Below, piece by piece: positions 29,546-39,063 of a stretch of DNA of 64,000 nucleotides (position 1 is its first letter; each line of letters begins with the position of its first letter). The notes beneath the pieces are model-generated. The model saw only the letters and a list, made by a program, of their open reading frames with translations, searched no databases and was not told where the DNA came from. Made by a program: the position numbers and the translations under genes. The stretch covers positions 62,001-126,000 of the forward strand of contig JALXBF010000118.1 in the NCBI GenBank assembly GCA_026991575.1, in the 5' to 3' direction. The stretch is from Planctomycetota bacterium. Lineage in GTDB: Bacteria; Planctomycetota; Planctomycetia; JALXBF01.

Positions 29546-32092
29546 GTGAGCAACCGGGCAAGTGGCCCCGTAACCCGCTACCTGATCGGCTGGCTGCTGG
29601 TTTTCGCCACCACGCTTGCCGCCGTCACCGCCACATTGGACGACCCCGGGCTGACGTGGGATGAACCAGCCTACCTGCACAGCGCCCGGGGGGATCTCCG
29701 CGTCCCGCCGGGGCCGCCGCAGTCTGTATCGGATTATTATCACCGCCAGTGCGGTGCTCTCCGATGGCTCAGGCGTGTGATCGGGGCCGCCTCGGCTGAG
29801 GAGCGTCGTCGGTTGTTGTCCCGCGACGCCGTGCTGAGGGCATGGGACTACAACCGCTATGGGCCGAATTTCCACCCACCGCTTAGCGGGTTAATGGCGA
29901 TCGCCGGCCACTTGGTGAGTCGCCCGTGGTTGTCGGAGCTGGCCTCGTGGCGTTTTGCCAGCGGTGTGCAGTTTGCGGCCGTTGTAGCCTGCCTGTACGT
30001 CGTGATCGCTGCCCGTTTCGGCCCCTGGCCTGGCCTGGTCGCCGCCGCAGCCTTGGGGCTGACACCCCGTGTCTTTGGTCACGCACACATCTTCGGTACA
30101 GATACCCCCACGCTGTTCATTTGGGTGCTGACCGCGCTGGCGTTCTGGCGCGGGTTCCGCAGCCGGCCGGCACGCTTGGCCTTCGGCGCGCTGGCAGGGC
30201 TGGCATTCATCACCAAGATGAACGCGCTGGCTGTGCTGCTGCCGCTGACGGTGTGGACCGCGTTCTCATGGCTCAACGGTGCGCGGCCAACGCTGCGAAC
30301 TGCTGCTGCCGGGGCACTTATCTTGGCTGCTCTGGCCCCGCTGGCACTGGCGGTGGCCGAGGTCGACCGGCAGGCGCGCCTGATCCGGGTGCAGACCAAG
30401 AGGGAACTTCTGCGACAGGCTGCCACGCTGTTGCAGGTTCCACTGCCTCGCGGTCTGGACGCCGCTGATGAAAGCCGGCTCGAGACGATGGCTCTGCAGA
30501 TTGCGGAGCAGGCCGCTCAACGGCGGGGGATCCTGCCGCAACAAGCCCCTGAGTCCCCGGCCGCACGGCTACGCCAGCTCGCACAGCAGCTCGCAGTGCC
30601 GCAACTAGTCCTGGACGACTACATCAAATACATCTGGGCCGACCAGCTCAGGGTGCCCTCGGCGATTTCTCGCGTGGTCCTCGCACTGCCTCTGGTTCCG
30701 CTGGCGGTATGGCTGCTGGCGGTGCCGGCCCGCGTGGCATCCCAGAACCCGGCCATAGCAACCGCGGAGATGGTTCTGACAGGGGCCGCATTCGGTCCGA
30801 TCGTTGCCATCGCGTTGAATCCCACCTGGTGGTTCGATACGTACACCCAGCTTGCGCTGTACTACCTGGTCAGCGTTGGCCGCAAGGGGGCACTTCCGGA
30901 CATCGAAGTGTTCTACCTGGCCCAGAAGTACATCTACAGCCTGCCGTGGCACAACGGCTTCGTGCTGGTCGCCGTCACCGTTCCCGTGCTGCTGCTAGTG
31001 TGGGCGGTCGTAGGGCTGTCGTGGGGCCTGGGCGTGCGGTCACAAAGAGCCTGGACACTGTACGTCGCGGCGCATCTGCTGACGCTCCCATTGCTGCGCA
31101 TGTTCCCCGTACCGGCACACGACGGGGTTCGCCTGATGTTGCCGACGTTCTGGTTCCTGGCTGCGGCCGTCGGGCTCGGCTTTGCTGCGTTGGGAGCGCT
31201 GTTGCGTCGATTCGAGGCGGGCTGGGGGGGCCGACATGCGACCTTTGCGCTCGCGGCGCTCGTGACGCTGCTGCCGTGTGCCGTGCAGCTCGTACGGATC
31301 CATCCATACGAGCTCTCCTACTACAACCTTGCCGTAGGGGGGCTCCCCGGTGCCCAACAGCTCGGCTTCGAAACCACCTACTGGTACGATGCTGTCACCG
31401 ACGAGGTCTTGGCCAAGATGAACGACCTTCGCCGCGGCTTGCCCCGCGGTGCCGTGCTACACCCGCCGTCACCGAAGAGCAACACGCCGGTCTTTGGCGA
31501 GTTGCAGGATATGGGAAAGCTCCGCGAAGACATCAGGCTCGACGTGGCACCGGCCAGTGGCTTTCCGTACATGTGGCTGCTGACACATTCCGCAAAGTCC
31601 ACCCCGTTCAGTCGTGTGCTCTACGCGCTGGCACCGCGCCTGGAGCACTCCTGGAACGGCGTCCGCCTGTTCAGCATTTACGATCCCCGACAGGTGGCGC
31701 GTGCCTATGCGCTGACGTTGTTCCTGCGCGACGTGGACGCGGAGCCGGGGCCGAGAGTGGCAACGGAGCTGGTTCGCGTTGCGCGCGAAAGTCCCTCTGC
31801 GGTTGTGCAGGCAGCAGTGCTGCTGGTTGAACTCGGACCGGACCAGGCTCAAGCGCGGCTAAGCCGCCAGCGTCGGCCGGTGCGGGTCGTTGTGGCGCAC
31901 CTACTGCGGCAACGCCATGACCTGGACCAACTCCTGCAACGGGCACCGGGCGCGTTAACGGAGGCTGCCGAGATCCTGGTCCAGGCTGCCCAGCAACGTC
32001 CGGAAGTGCTGCACAAGCTGATCGAGTACCCCGGTTACTTGAGCCACGCGGAACTAGGCGAATTCCTCGACGCCAGCTACCAACGCCCTTGA
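29546..32092 (+). CDS. ArnT/PMT-like (GT-C fold) glycosyltransferase
   Basis: GLTWDEP acidic loop, HPPL, PRVFGHAH, HDGVRL, SYYN; multiple TM segments. Confidence 0.85.
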   Translation: MSNRASGPVTRYLIGWLLVFATTLAAVTATLDDPGLTWDEPAYLHSARGDLRVPPGPPQSVSDYYHRQCGALRWLRRVIGAASAEERRRLLSRDAVLRAWDYNRYGPNFHPPLSGLMAIAGHLVSRPWLSELASWRFASGVQFAAVVACLYVVIAARFGPWPGLVAAAALGLTPRVFGHAHIFGTDTPTLFIWVLTALAFWRGFRSRPARLAFGALAGLAFITKMNALAVLLPLTVWTAFSWLNGARPTLRTAAAGALILAALAPLALAVAEVDRQARLIRVQTKRELLRQAATLLQVPLPRGLDAADESRLETMALQIAEQAAQRRGILPQQAPESPAARLRQLAQQLAVPQLVLDDYIKYIWADQLRVPSAISRVVLALPLVPLAVWLLAVPARVASQNPAIATAEMVLTGAAFGPIVAIALNPTWWFDTYTQLALYYLVSVGRKGALPDIEVFYLAQKYIYSLPWHNGFVLVAVTVPVLLLVWAVVGLSWGLGVRSQRAWTLYVAAHLLTLPLLRMFPVPAHDGVRLMLPTFWFLAAAVGLGFAALGALLRRFEAGWGGRHATFALAALVTLLPCAVQLVRIHPYELSYYNLAVGGLPGAQQLGFETTYWYDAVTDEVLAKMNDLRRGLPRGAVLHPPSPKSNTPVFGELQDMGKLREDIRLDVAPASGFPYMWLLTHSAKSTPFSRVLYALAPRLEHSWNGVRLFSIYDPRQVARAYALTLFLRDVDAEPGPRVATELVRVARESPSAVVQAAVLLVELGPDQAQARLSRQRRPVRVVVAHLLRQRHDLDQLLQRAPGALTEAAEILVQAAQQRPEVLHKLIEYPGYLSHAELGEFLDASYQRP

Positions 32093-32234
32093 GTGACTCA
32101 ACCACCCCCGCCCCCGTTCCCGTCGGCCGACTGCCTCTGCCGGCCCGTCGCAGGGTAACCGCAGGGCAGTACAGTTACAGCTGCCAGAACCTGCGGGGCG
32201 GGAGATGTGGCGGCTCTAGTTCCGGCTGATAACG

Positions 32235-34205
32235 ATGGCAGAAAGGTCCAGGCTTGATGCATTGCTCATCTTCGTTGCCGTCGCCGTGCCACTGCTGGTT
32301 ACGGCCGAGGGGCCAGGGATGGTCTGGGATGAGGGGTACACTGTGGACCGTGTCGAGAAGGTGGCCAAGTGGTTCGACCGGCTGGTCCGCGGCGAGCTGG
32401 ACTGGCGACAAGCCATTTCGGCACAAGCCATCGACCATTACTGGCCGTTTGCACGGGAGGAGCCCGATGGCCACCCTCCCTTGTACGCCCTGGTTGCTTT
32501 TGCCGGCTGGATTGTCGGCCGGGTGCTCCTGCCACCGCTGGCAGCGTACCGGCTTGGCCCGATTCTGCTGATCGCTACCACGATGACTGCCGCTTACGTG
32601 TTTCTCCGCGGCCGGCTCGGGCCATGGCCCGCGGCCGCGGCCGTGTTGCTGTGTGTCTACTGTCCGAGGCTGTTCAGCCATGCGCACTTTGCTCTGTACG
32701 ACATGCCACTTGCGTGCTGGTGGCTGCTGACGGCGATTGCCTTCTGGCGTGCGGCTGAGGCGGCACAGCGGAGCTGGTGGCAGGCGCTTAGCTGGTCAGG
32801 CGCGACCGCCGTGCTTCTAGCCGCATGTGCCGCGACGAAGTTCACCGGTTGGCTTGTGCCGGTGCCACTGCTGGTTGCCACCTGGATCTGTTGGCCACGG
32901 GCAGGCCGCGACATGGCGGACGCGGTACCAGGACCTGGCATGCGGGCGAAGCTGCTGCTGACCGCCGTGACGGCCCTACCGATCGTGGTCGGAGCCTGGC
33001 CGGTGCTTCGGCAGGTACGAACGCTGGAGCGGATCGACGGGGAGCTGCGTCGCGAGCTGGCCGCAGTCGAGCCGGCGCGTCAGCGTCTGATTCCGCGGCT
33101 GGTAGCAGACCGGTACCGCCGCGAACATCCTTCGGAGGTGCCAGGCTGGTTGCTTTTCGGTGCAGGCCCCCTGCTGGCTGCCTTCGCGCTTGTCCGCTTC
33201 AACTACCCCCAGCGCGGCCGGCGGTTTACGGCCTGGGAGCTGTGGTTTGTGCTCCTGGGGCTGACCCCGCTGGCGACGGTGATGCTTGTGCCCAGCTGGT
33301 GGCCAGATCCGGTGCAGCGGATCGCGCTGTTCTTGTGGTCCAATCTCACGCGGGCCCGGACGACTTGGATTCCGACGCTTTTCTTCGGTCAGGTCTACGA
33401 GTTTGGGCTTCCGTGGTATAACACGCTGGCCTGGTTGGTGCTGGCTATGCCGCCGTTGACGCTGCTTCTGGTGGCTATCGGCCTGGGAGCTGCGGTCGCC
33501 GGGCTGCTTTCGCGAGGGCGCAGCGGCTCGGGTAGCGCCATGTTGCTCGTCTATCTTGCGATCCATGCTGCGACGCTGCTGGTCGTGCGTGCCCTGCCGA
33601 ATGCTCCAGGGCATGACGGAATTCGCCAGCTGGTGCCTTCCTTCGTGTTCCTGACGTTAGTAGCCGGTGGCGCGCTAGGCCGAAGCGGCGCTGTGGTGCA
33701 CCGTCTGCTCGGTGGCGCGGCGGTCCTGTGGACAATCGCTGCAACGGCCGTCTATCATCCGGTGCAACTGTCGTACTACAGCTTGCTCGTGGGGGGACTA
33801 CCCGGGGCGACGCGCCTGGGCATGGAGCCCACGTACTATTGGGATGCTCTGGATGCGCGCGTGCGGGCCTGGCTGACGGAGCATACGTCCGCGGAAGAGA
33901 AAATCGCGTTCTCATCGCTGCCGCTGAGTTTCCATTACCTGAGAAGTTGGGGCTATCTGCCCGTGCGCTTTCTGCCTGACGAGCCGGGTCGCATCCGCTG
34001 GTACGTGCTACAGAACCGGCCTGGCATGTTCGTCGCCCGGCCTCTGGATCGGACGCTGGCCGAGCGGGGCAGGGCCGCTTACGTGCGTCGGCGGCTTGGG
34101 GTGCCGCTGATCTGGGTGTTTCCGATCGAAGAGCTTGACCGGCTGAAGCGAGAAAACGTCGGAGGACGTGGCGATGCAGCAGGTTCCTGGGGCGGGGGGA
34201 GCTGA
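32235..34205 (+). CDS. ArnT/PMT-like (GT-C fold) glycosyltransferase, paralog of the preceding gene
   Basis: GMVWDEG, GHPPL, PRLFSHAH, HDGIRQ, SYYS. Confidence 0.85.
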   Translation: MAERSRLDALLIFVAVAVPLLVTAEGPGMVWDEGYTVDRVEKVAKWFDRLVRGELDWRQAISAQAIDHYWPFAREEPDGHPPLYALVAFAGWIVGRVLLPPLAAYRLGPILLIATTMTAAYVFLRGRLGPWPAAAAVLLCVYCPRLFSHAHFALYDMPLACWWLLTAIAFWRAAEAAQRSWWQALSWSGATAVLLAACAATKFTGWLVPVPLLVATWICWPRAGRDMADAVPGPGMRAKLLLTAVTALPIVVGAWPVLRQVRTLERIDGELRRELAAVEPARQRLIPRLVADRYRREHPSEVPGWLLFGAGPLLAAFALVRFNYPQRGRRFTAWELWFVLLGLTPLATVMLVPSWWPDPVQRIALFLWSNLTRARTTWIPTLFFGQVYEFGLPWYNTLAWLVLAMPPLTLLLVAIGLGAAVAGLLSRGRSGSGSAMLLVYLAIHAATLLVVRALPNAPGHDGIRQLVPSFVFLTLVAGGALGRSGAVVHRLLGGAAVLWTIAATAVYHPVQLSYYSLLVGGLPGATRLGMEPTYYWDALDARVRAWLTEHTSAEEKIAFSSLPLSFHYLRSWGYLPVRFLPDEPGRIRWYVLQNRPGMFVARPLDRTLAERGRAAYVRRRLGVPLIWVFPIEELDRLKRENVGGRGDAAGSWGGGS

Positions 34206-34500
34206 ACTGCCGGGGGCTGGGCCGCAGCCACCAGACCTGGTCACCGTTGTGCTGCTCACGGCAGCGCTGGTCGGGCTTGTGCTTCTGTCCGCCGTCGCCG
34301 TCGCCCTAGCCCGGCGGTTCCTGCTGGAGCGACAAGGGGGGACTGAGGAGGTCTTCGACACAGCACGGCTGCTTGCCCAGTACGATCGGCTCCGCGAGCA
34401 GGGTCAGTTGAGCGAAGAGGAATACCGCCGGATCCGGGCGCGGTTACTGGGGCAGGCGGTAGAAGACGGTGATGATGCTCACCGGGGTGACGAGCCGTGA
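34174..34500 (+). CDS. Small membrane protein with SHOCT-like C-terminus
   Basis: One TM helix followed by LREQGQLSEEEYRRIRARLL. Confidence 0.7.
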   Translation: MQQVPGAGGAELPGAGPQPPDLVTVVLLTAALVGLVLLSAVAVALARRFLLERQGGTEEVFDTARLLAQYDRLREQGQLSEEEYRRIRARLLGQAVEDGDDAHRGDEP

Positions 34501-34751
34501 CGGGCCAGCCGCGTATGATCCGAGACGCGGCCGTGATGCCGCCCGCACGGGAACCGGCGCGTGGGCCAGACCGCGACTTTGCCGGTACGATGTTAGGAAC
34601 GCCTGCTGGATGGCCGCTTGCAGCATGCCGTGGGCTAGAATGCCTACGGTTCGCTGGAGGGACGGCACGAGCCGGTTGCGTCATAATCGGTCACGTGTGA
34701 GCAAAGGTCATCTTTGGCATTGTGCCTGGGAGAGATTCGTTTAGGCTTAAA

Positions 34752-34766
34752 CTGGCGCGCGTTTGG
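34752..34766 (+). promoter_or_regulatory. Possible sigma54 -24/-12 promoter upstream of clpX
   Basis: TGGCGCG-CGTT-TGGC has correct GG-N10-GC spacing but an imperfect -12 box. Confidence 0.25.
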
Positions 34767-34834
34767 CAGCCGATGCTGACAGCGCCCCTGGTCGGCCTGG
34801 ACTGCAACGTGGAGTACACTCGTTCGAGGGCCCT

Positions 34835-36136
34835 ATGCCTTCAGGAAAGGACCAATCGGGAAAGCGGCGCGGTATGGGCAGCTCCTCTTCCAGACGGAAT
34901 GCGTACTGCTCGTTTTGCCGCAAGAGCTATCGCGAAGTCGGCCCGCTAGTGGAAGGGCCTGGCGACGTGTACATTTGCGGCGAGTGCGTTGAGCTGTGCC
35001 AGCAGATTCTCGACCAGGACCGGCGCCGTCGGGGTGTCGCCCGCGGGATGATCCGCGAGGTGCCCTCGCCGCGCGCGATCAAGGAGTACCTGGACCGCTA
35101 CGTGGTCGGGCAGGATCGGGCCAAGCGGGTGCTGGCCGTTGCCGTCCACAACCACTACAAGCGGCTGCTGCATGCTGAAGAGGGTGATTCGGACGTCGAA
35201 ATCGAGAAGAGCAACATCCTGCTCATCGGGCCAACTGGCTGCGGCAAGACGTTGCTTGCCCGCACACTCGCCCGCCTCATGAAGGTGCCGTTCGCCATCG
35301 GTGACGCAACCACCCTGACCGAAGCTGGCTACGTGGGCGAGGATGTCGAGAACATTCTGCTAAAACTCCTCCACGCTGCCGACTTTGACATCGAAGCCGC
35401 ACAGCGTGGCATCGTGTACATCGATGAGATCGACAAGATCCGCAAGACCTCGGGCAACCTCTCCATCACGCGGGATGTCTCCGGCGAGGGCGTCCAGCAG
35501 GCCCTACTGAAAATCCTCGAAGGCACCATTGCTAACGTGCCGCCTCAGGGGGGGCGGAAACACCCCGAGCAACAGTACATCCAAATGGATACCACGAACA
35601 TCCTGTTCATCTGCGGCGGTACGTTTGTGGGATTAGAGCAGATCATTGCCCGCAGGCTGGGCAAGAAGAAGATCGGCTTTGTTGCCCAGGCCACTGGCGT
35701 GGAACGAGACCGACAACTTGGCGAGCTCCTTGCCGAAGTGACCGCCGACGACGTGGTCGAGTTCGGGATGATTCCGGAGTTCGTTGGGCGGTTGCCCGTG
35801 ATCTGCCCGCTCGAGCCGCTGACCGAAGAAGCCCTGGTGCGGATCCTCACCGAGCCGAAAAACGCGCTGGTACGACAGTACCAGAAGCTGTTCGCCATGG
35901 ACGGCTGTGAGCTGCGGTTCACACCCGGCGCGCTAGCTGAGATTGCCCGCATGGCACGCAAACGAGACACCGGAGCCCGAGGGCTTCGGGCCATCGTGGA
36001 AGGTATCATCTGCGACGCAATGTTCGAGTTGCCCGAACACCCCGAAGGGACGGTCTTCGAGGTTACCGAGGCACACGTCCGCGGTGAGAAGCCGCTAAAG
36101 CCGCTGCCGCAACGGCGCCAGAAGGAAAGCGCGTAA
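34835..36136 (+). CDS. clpX: ATP-dependent Clp protease ATP-binding subunit ClpX
   Basis: Zn finger CSFC...[44 protein letters not shown] loop. Confidence 0.97.
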   Translation: MPSGKDQSGKRRGMGSSSSRRNAYCSFCRKSYREVGPLVEGPGDVYICGECVELCQQILDQDRRRRGVARGMIREVPSPRAIKEYLDRYVVGQDRAKRVLAVAVHNHYKRLLHAEEGDSDVEIEKSNILLIGPTGCGKTLLARTLARLMKVPFAIGDATTLTEAGYVGEDVENILLKLLHAADFDIEAAQRGIVYIDEIDKIRKTSGNLSITRDVSGEGVQQALLKILEGTIANVPPQGGRKHPEQQYIQMDTTNILFICGGTFVGLEQIIARRLGKKKIGFVAQATGVERDRQLGELLAEVTADDVVEFGMIPEFVGRLPVICPLEPLTEEALVRILTEPKNALVRQYQKLFAMDGCELRFTPGALAEIARMARKRDTGARGLRAIVEGIICDAMFELPEHPEGTVFEVTEAHVRGEKPLKPLPQRRQKESA

Positions 36137-36305
36137 CCGGCCGCAGTTCGGGCCACGGGCACATCGCTACCTCCGATCGTGTCGATCGGCGGTTACCCGC
36201 CCGCTCTGCTCAAGACCGGACCAGGGCACAACGGCAGCGGACCGTGGCTGCGGACGCGCTCGCGGCAAGCGCAGGCCTACACCCGCAGGCTACCCGTGCC
36301 CGCGC

Positions 36306-37286
36306 TTATCGCCCGCCGAGCAGCTTCCGCTCGATGAACTCTCGCATCGCTGAGAAATAGCCGTCCTGTCGGCGGGCCCGTAGCAGCACGTGGCATTCCG
36401 CGCCAACCTCATCGGCCTTCTGCTTCAATTTCCAACACAGCACCGGGTGGTGGATGCCATGGCCCACGTCGAAGGCGGGCACATGGACGCTGCCGAAAGC
36501 TTCCATGAAAACCGGCGGATCGTCCTTATCGACGTGGTAGTATGGGGAGAATTTGCGTGCAACGTCGCGGTACTTTTCGTAGTTCGCCAGCACATCCTCA
36601 GGGCTTGATGCCCCCACGGCCTGCCACACCATTGGGTGCTGGACGATGGCGTCCCCAACCCACTCTCGGACCAACCGAGCATCGATGGCTGTCTGCGGCG
36701 CGAAGACCGCCGCGCAGGTTGGCTTGGTGGACTGCCGCGCGACGGGGTCCGGGGAATCAGGATCTGCCAGGTCGTCGTGATACGCCAGCCACAGGCTGGT
36801 GCAACCGCCAGCGGAGCCCCCGGTCAGTGCGACCCGCGTCGGATCGATGCCCCATTCCGCAGCTTTCGACCTCACGAACTGGACCGCACGGGCAGCGTCA
36901 AGGACGGGTACGGGAAGCAGATTCTTCCGCCCGCGCATGAGCCGGTATTCGACCGATACCACGGAAATGCCACGGTTCAGGTAGTAGTCCTCGGCGATCT
37001 GTTCCAGCGCTCGACCCCCGCGCCAGCCTCCACCGTGGATGTGGATCAGCACAGGCGTGGGCTCCTTGCCAGGCGCTTTCCAGTAATTCACGTAGTTGGC
37101 AGGGTCCGGGCCGTAACGCACATGCCTGAGCGTTGGCTCCACCAGCCGCTTCCGCTGCGCCCAGAGGATGCGCAGCTCCGCCAGCCGGCGGGTCAGCGAA
37201 CTGCCTTCCATCTGTCCCCAGGCAGGCAGCGAAAGACAGCTGGCCATGACAGCGATAAGGACGCGGACGCAAGAGGCCATTCTCAT
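36306..37286 (-). CDS. Secreted alpha/beta hydrolase (HSL-like esterase)
   Basis: Signal peptide, HIHGGGW oxyanion motif, GGSAGG nucleophile elbow. Confidence 0.9.
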   Translation of the reverse strand: MRMASCVRVLIAVMASCLSLPAWGQMEGSSLTRRLAELRILWAQRKRLVEPTLRHVRYGPDPANYVNYWKAPGKEPTPVLIHIHGGGWRGGRALEQIAEDYYLNRGISVVSVEYRLMRGRKNLLPVPVLDAARAVQFVRSKAAEWGIDPTRVALTGGSAGGCTSLWLAYHDDLADPDSPDPVARQSTKPTCAAVFAPQTAIDARLVREWVGDAIVQHPMVWQAVGASSPEDVLANYEKYRDVARKFSPYYHVDKDDPPVFMEAFGSVHVPAFDVGHGIHHPVLCWKLKQKADEVGAECHVLLRARRQDGYFSAMREFIERKLLGGR

Positions 37287-37492
37287 CGGAGCGTCTCCCC
37301 AAACGAATCCGGCTGCTGCTGGTCAACTGCGCCAGCGTACGGTTCCGGTACAGCTCGCACACGGGGGGCAACTCTTCCGGTCGTCTCCACCAACCGCAGC
37401 CGCCGCGTTTGGCCAAAGGGACTGCTCAGCTGCAGGCCCGGCCCGCAGGCGGTGCCGGCCAGGAAAATTCCCCACTGCGCGCCGGGAACCGG

Positions 37493-37578
37493 TCCCACGT
37501 TGGCTTCGGGCCATCCGACGCCTCGCCTCGACCAGTAAACCGCCACCCGGGAGTCGATCCTACGTTGGCTTCGGGCTA
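37493..37578. repeat. Two-copy 21-bp direct repeat with 65-bp period
   Basis: TCCCACGTTGGCTTCGGGCCA (37493-37513) and TCCTACGTTGGCTTCGGGCTA (37558-37578); identical 15-bp core. Confidence 0.7.
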
Positions 37579-37760
37579 GACCCGCAGCGCACGCAACGGC
37601 TGCTGCCCAACAACGCAGTATCATAGGGCACGACCGTTCCGGGATGGGGCGTAGAGTCACGCTGAAGGAGCTGGGAGGGCAAGCGAAGGGACCGAGGCAC
37701 GTTTGCTTCGGCGCGGCGACGTCGGCGGGCGAAGTTAACGAGTGTCCGGAGAGTTGGGCA

Positions 37761-38879
37761 ATGAGTGAACACTGGATAGCCGCTCGTGCACGCCAGATCG
37801 ACGCGTCGGGCATACGCAAGGTGTTCGACCTTGCGGCCACGATGCAGAATCCGATCGATCTGAGCATTGGGCAGCCGGACATGGACGTTCCGGAACCGGC
37901 CAGGCAAGCGTGTATCGAAGCCATCCAGTCCGGCAAGAACGGGTATACGGTGACGCAGGGAATCGGGCCGCTGCGCGAGCGACTGCTGGAACGCGTTGCC
38001 GAACAGTTGCCCGGTCAGCAGCGGGACCTGATCATCACGAGCGGCACCACGGGGGGGCTGGTCCTGGCCATCATGACGCTGGTTGACCCCGGAGACGAGG
38101 TGATCGTTTTCGACCCCTACTTTGTCATGTACCGCCATCTGGTCGTCATGGCCGGGGGCGTACCAGTGCTCGTAGACACTTACCCGGACTTCCGCATTGA
38201 CCTGGACCGCGTGCGTGCCGCGGTGACCGACCGGACCAAGGGCATCATCGTCAACAGTCCAGCGAACCCGACGGGTGCAGTAGCTTCGGTGGACGAGCTG
38301 CGCGGGCTTGCAGAGCTTGCGGCCGAGCGGGAACTGTTCCTGCTGAGCGATGAGGTCTACCGAGCCTTCTGCTATGACACCGAGTACGCGACCCCGGCAA
38401 CCTGGTACGACCAGACGATCGTGGTCGACGGTTTCAGCAAGGCGTACAGCATGACCGGCTGGCGACTGGGCTATGCCCACGGGCCGCGTGAGGTGATTCA
38501 GGAGATGGCTAAGTTGCAGCAGTTCACCTTTGTCTGTGCACCGCAGCCGGTGCAGTGGGCGGGGATCGCGGCGTTGGATGTGGAGCTGGACCAGCGCATC
38601 GATCGGTTCCGCCAGCGGCGTGACCGGCTGGTCCAGGCCCTGTCCGAGTACTACGAGATCCCGCGCGCCGACGGCGCTTTCTATCTGTTCCCCAGAGCGC
38701 CATGGGGGACCGGTACCGAGTTCGTCCAGGCAGCCATCCGGAACGGCCTGCTCATCATCCCGGGCAACGTTTTCAGTAGCCGGGACACGCATTTTCGGCT
38801 CTCGTATGCTGCGAGCGAAGAGACGATCGAACGGGGCATCGAGAAGCTGATCGAGCTGGCGAGGCGCGGCCCGCGGTGA
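37761..38879 (+). CDS. PLP-dependent aminotransferase class I/II
   Basis: LSIGQPD, NSPANPTG, SDEVY, FSKAYSMTGWRLGY. Confidence 0.94.
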   Translation: MSEHWIAARARQIDASGIRKVFDLAATMQNPIDLSIGQPDMDVPEPARQACIEAIQSGKNGYTVTQGIGPLRERLLERVAEQLPGQQRDLIITSGTTGGLVLAIMTLVDPGDEVIVFDPYFVMYRHLVVMAGGVPVLVDTYPDFRIDLDRVRAAVTDRTKGIIVNSPANPTGAVASVDELRGLAELAAERELFLLSDEVYRAFCYDTEYATPATWYDQTIVVDGFSKAYSMTGWRLGYAHGPREVIQEMAKLQQFTFVCAPQPVQWAGIAALDVELDQRIDRFRQRRDRLVQALSEYYEIPRADGAFYLFPRAPWGTGTEFVQAAIRNGLLIIPGNVFSSRDTHFRLSYAASEETIERGIEKLIELARRGPR

Positions 38880-39063
38880 ACGCTGCCGGTGGTCGCTCGG
38901 CGCCGGGTGCATTTCAACGTTCACACGCTGGCGGGCCTGAACGGCTTCGCTAAAATCGGCGGGATCCGATAGCATTCCGTGTGGCCCTCCCGGAGCCGGA
39001 CATCAGCGTGCTTGTCAGGGCTCCGAATCGATGAGCAAGACCGTAGCAGCCGAGAGATTCCTC

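Noticed and set aside
37493..37578. Mini-CRISPR interpretation of the direct repeat
   Set aside because: Only two short, non-identical copies, no cas genes and no leader.
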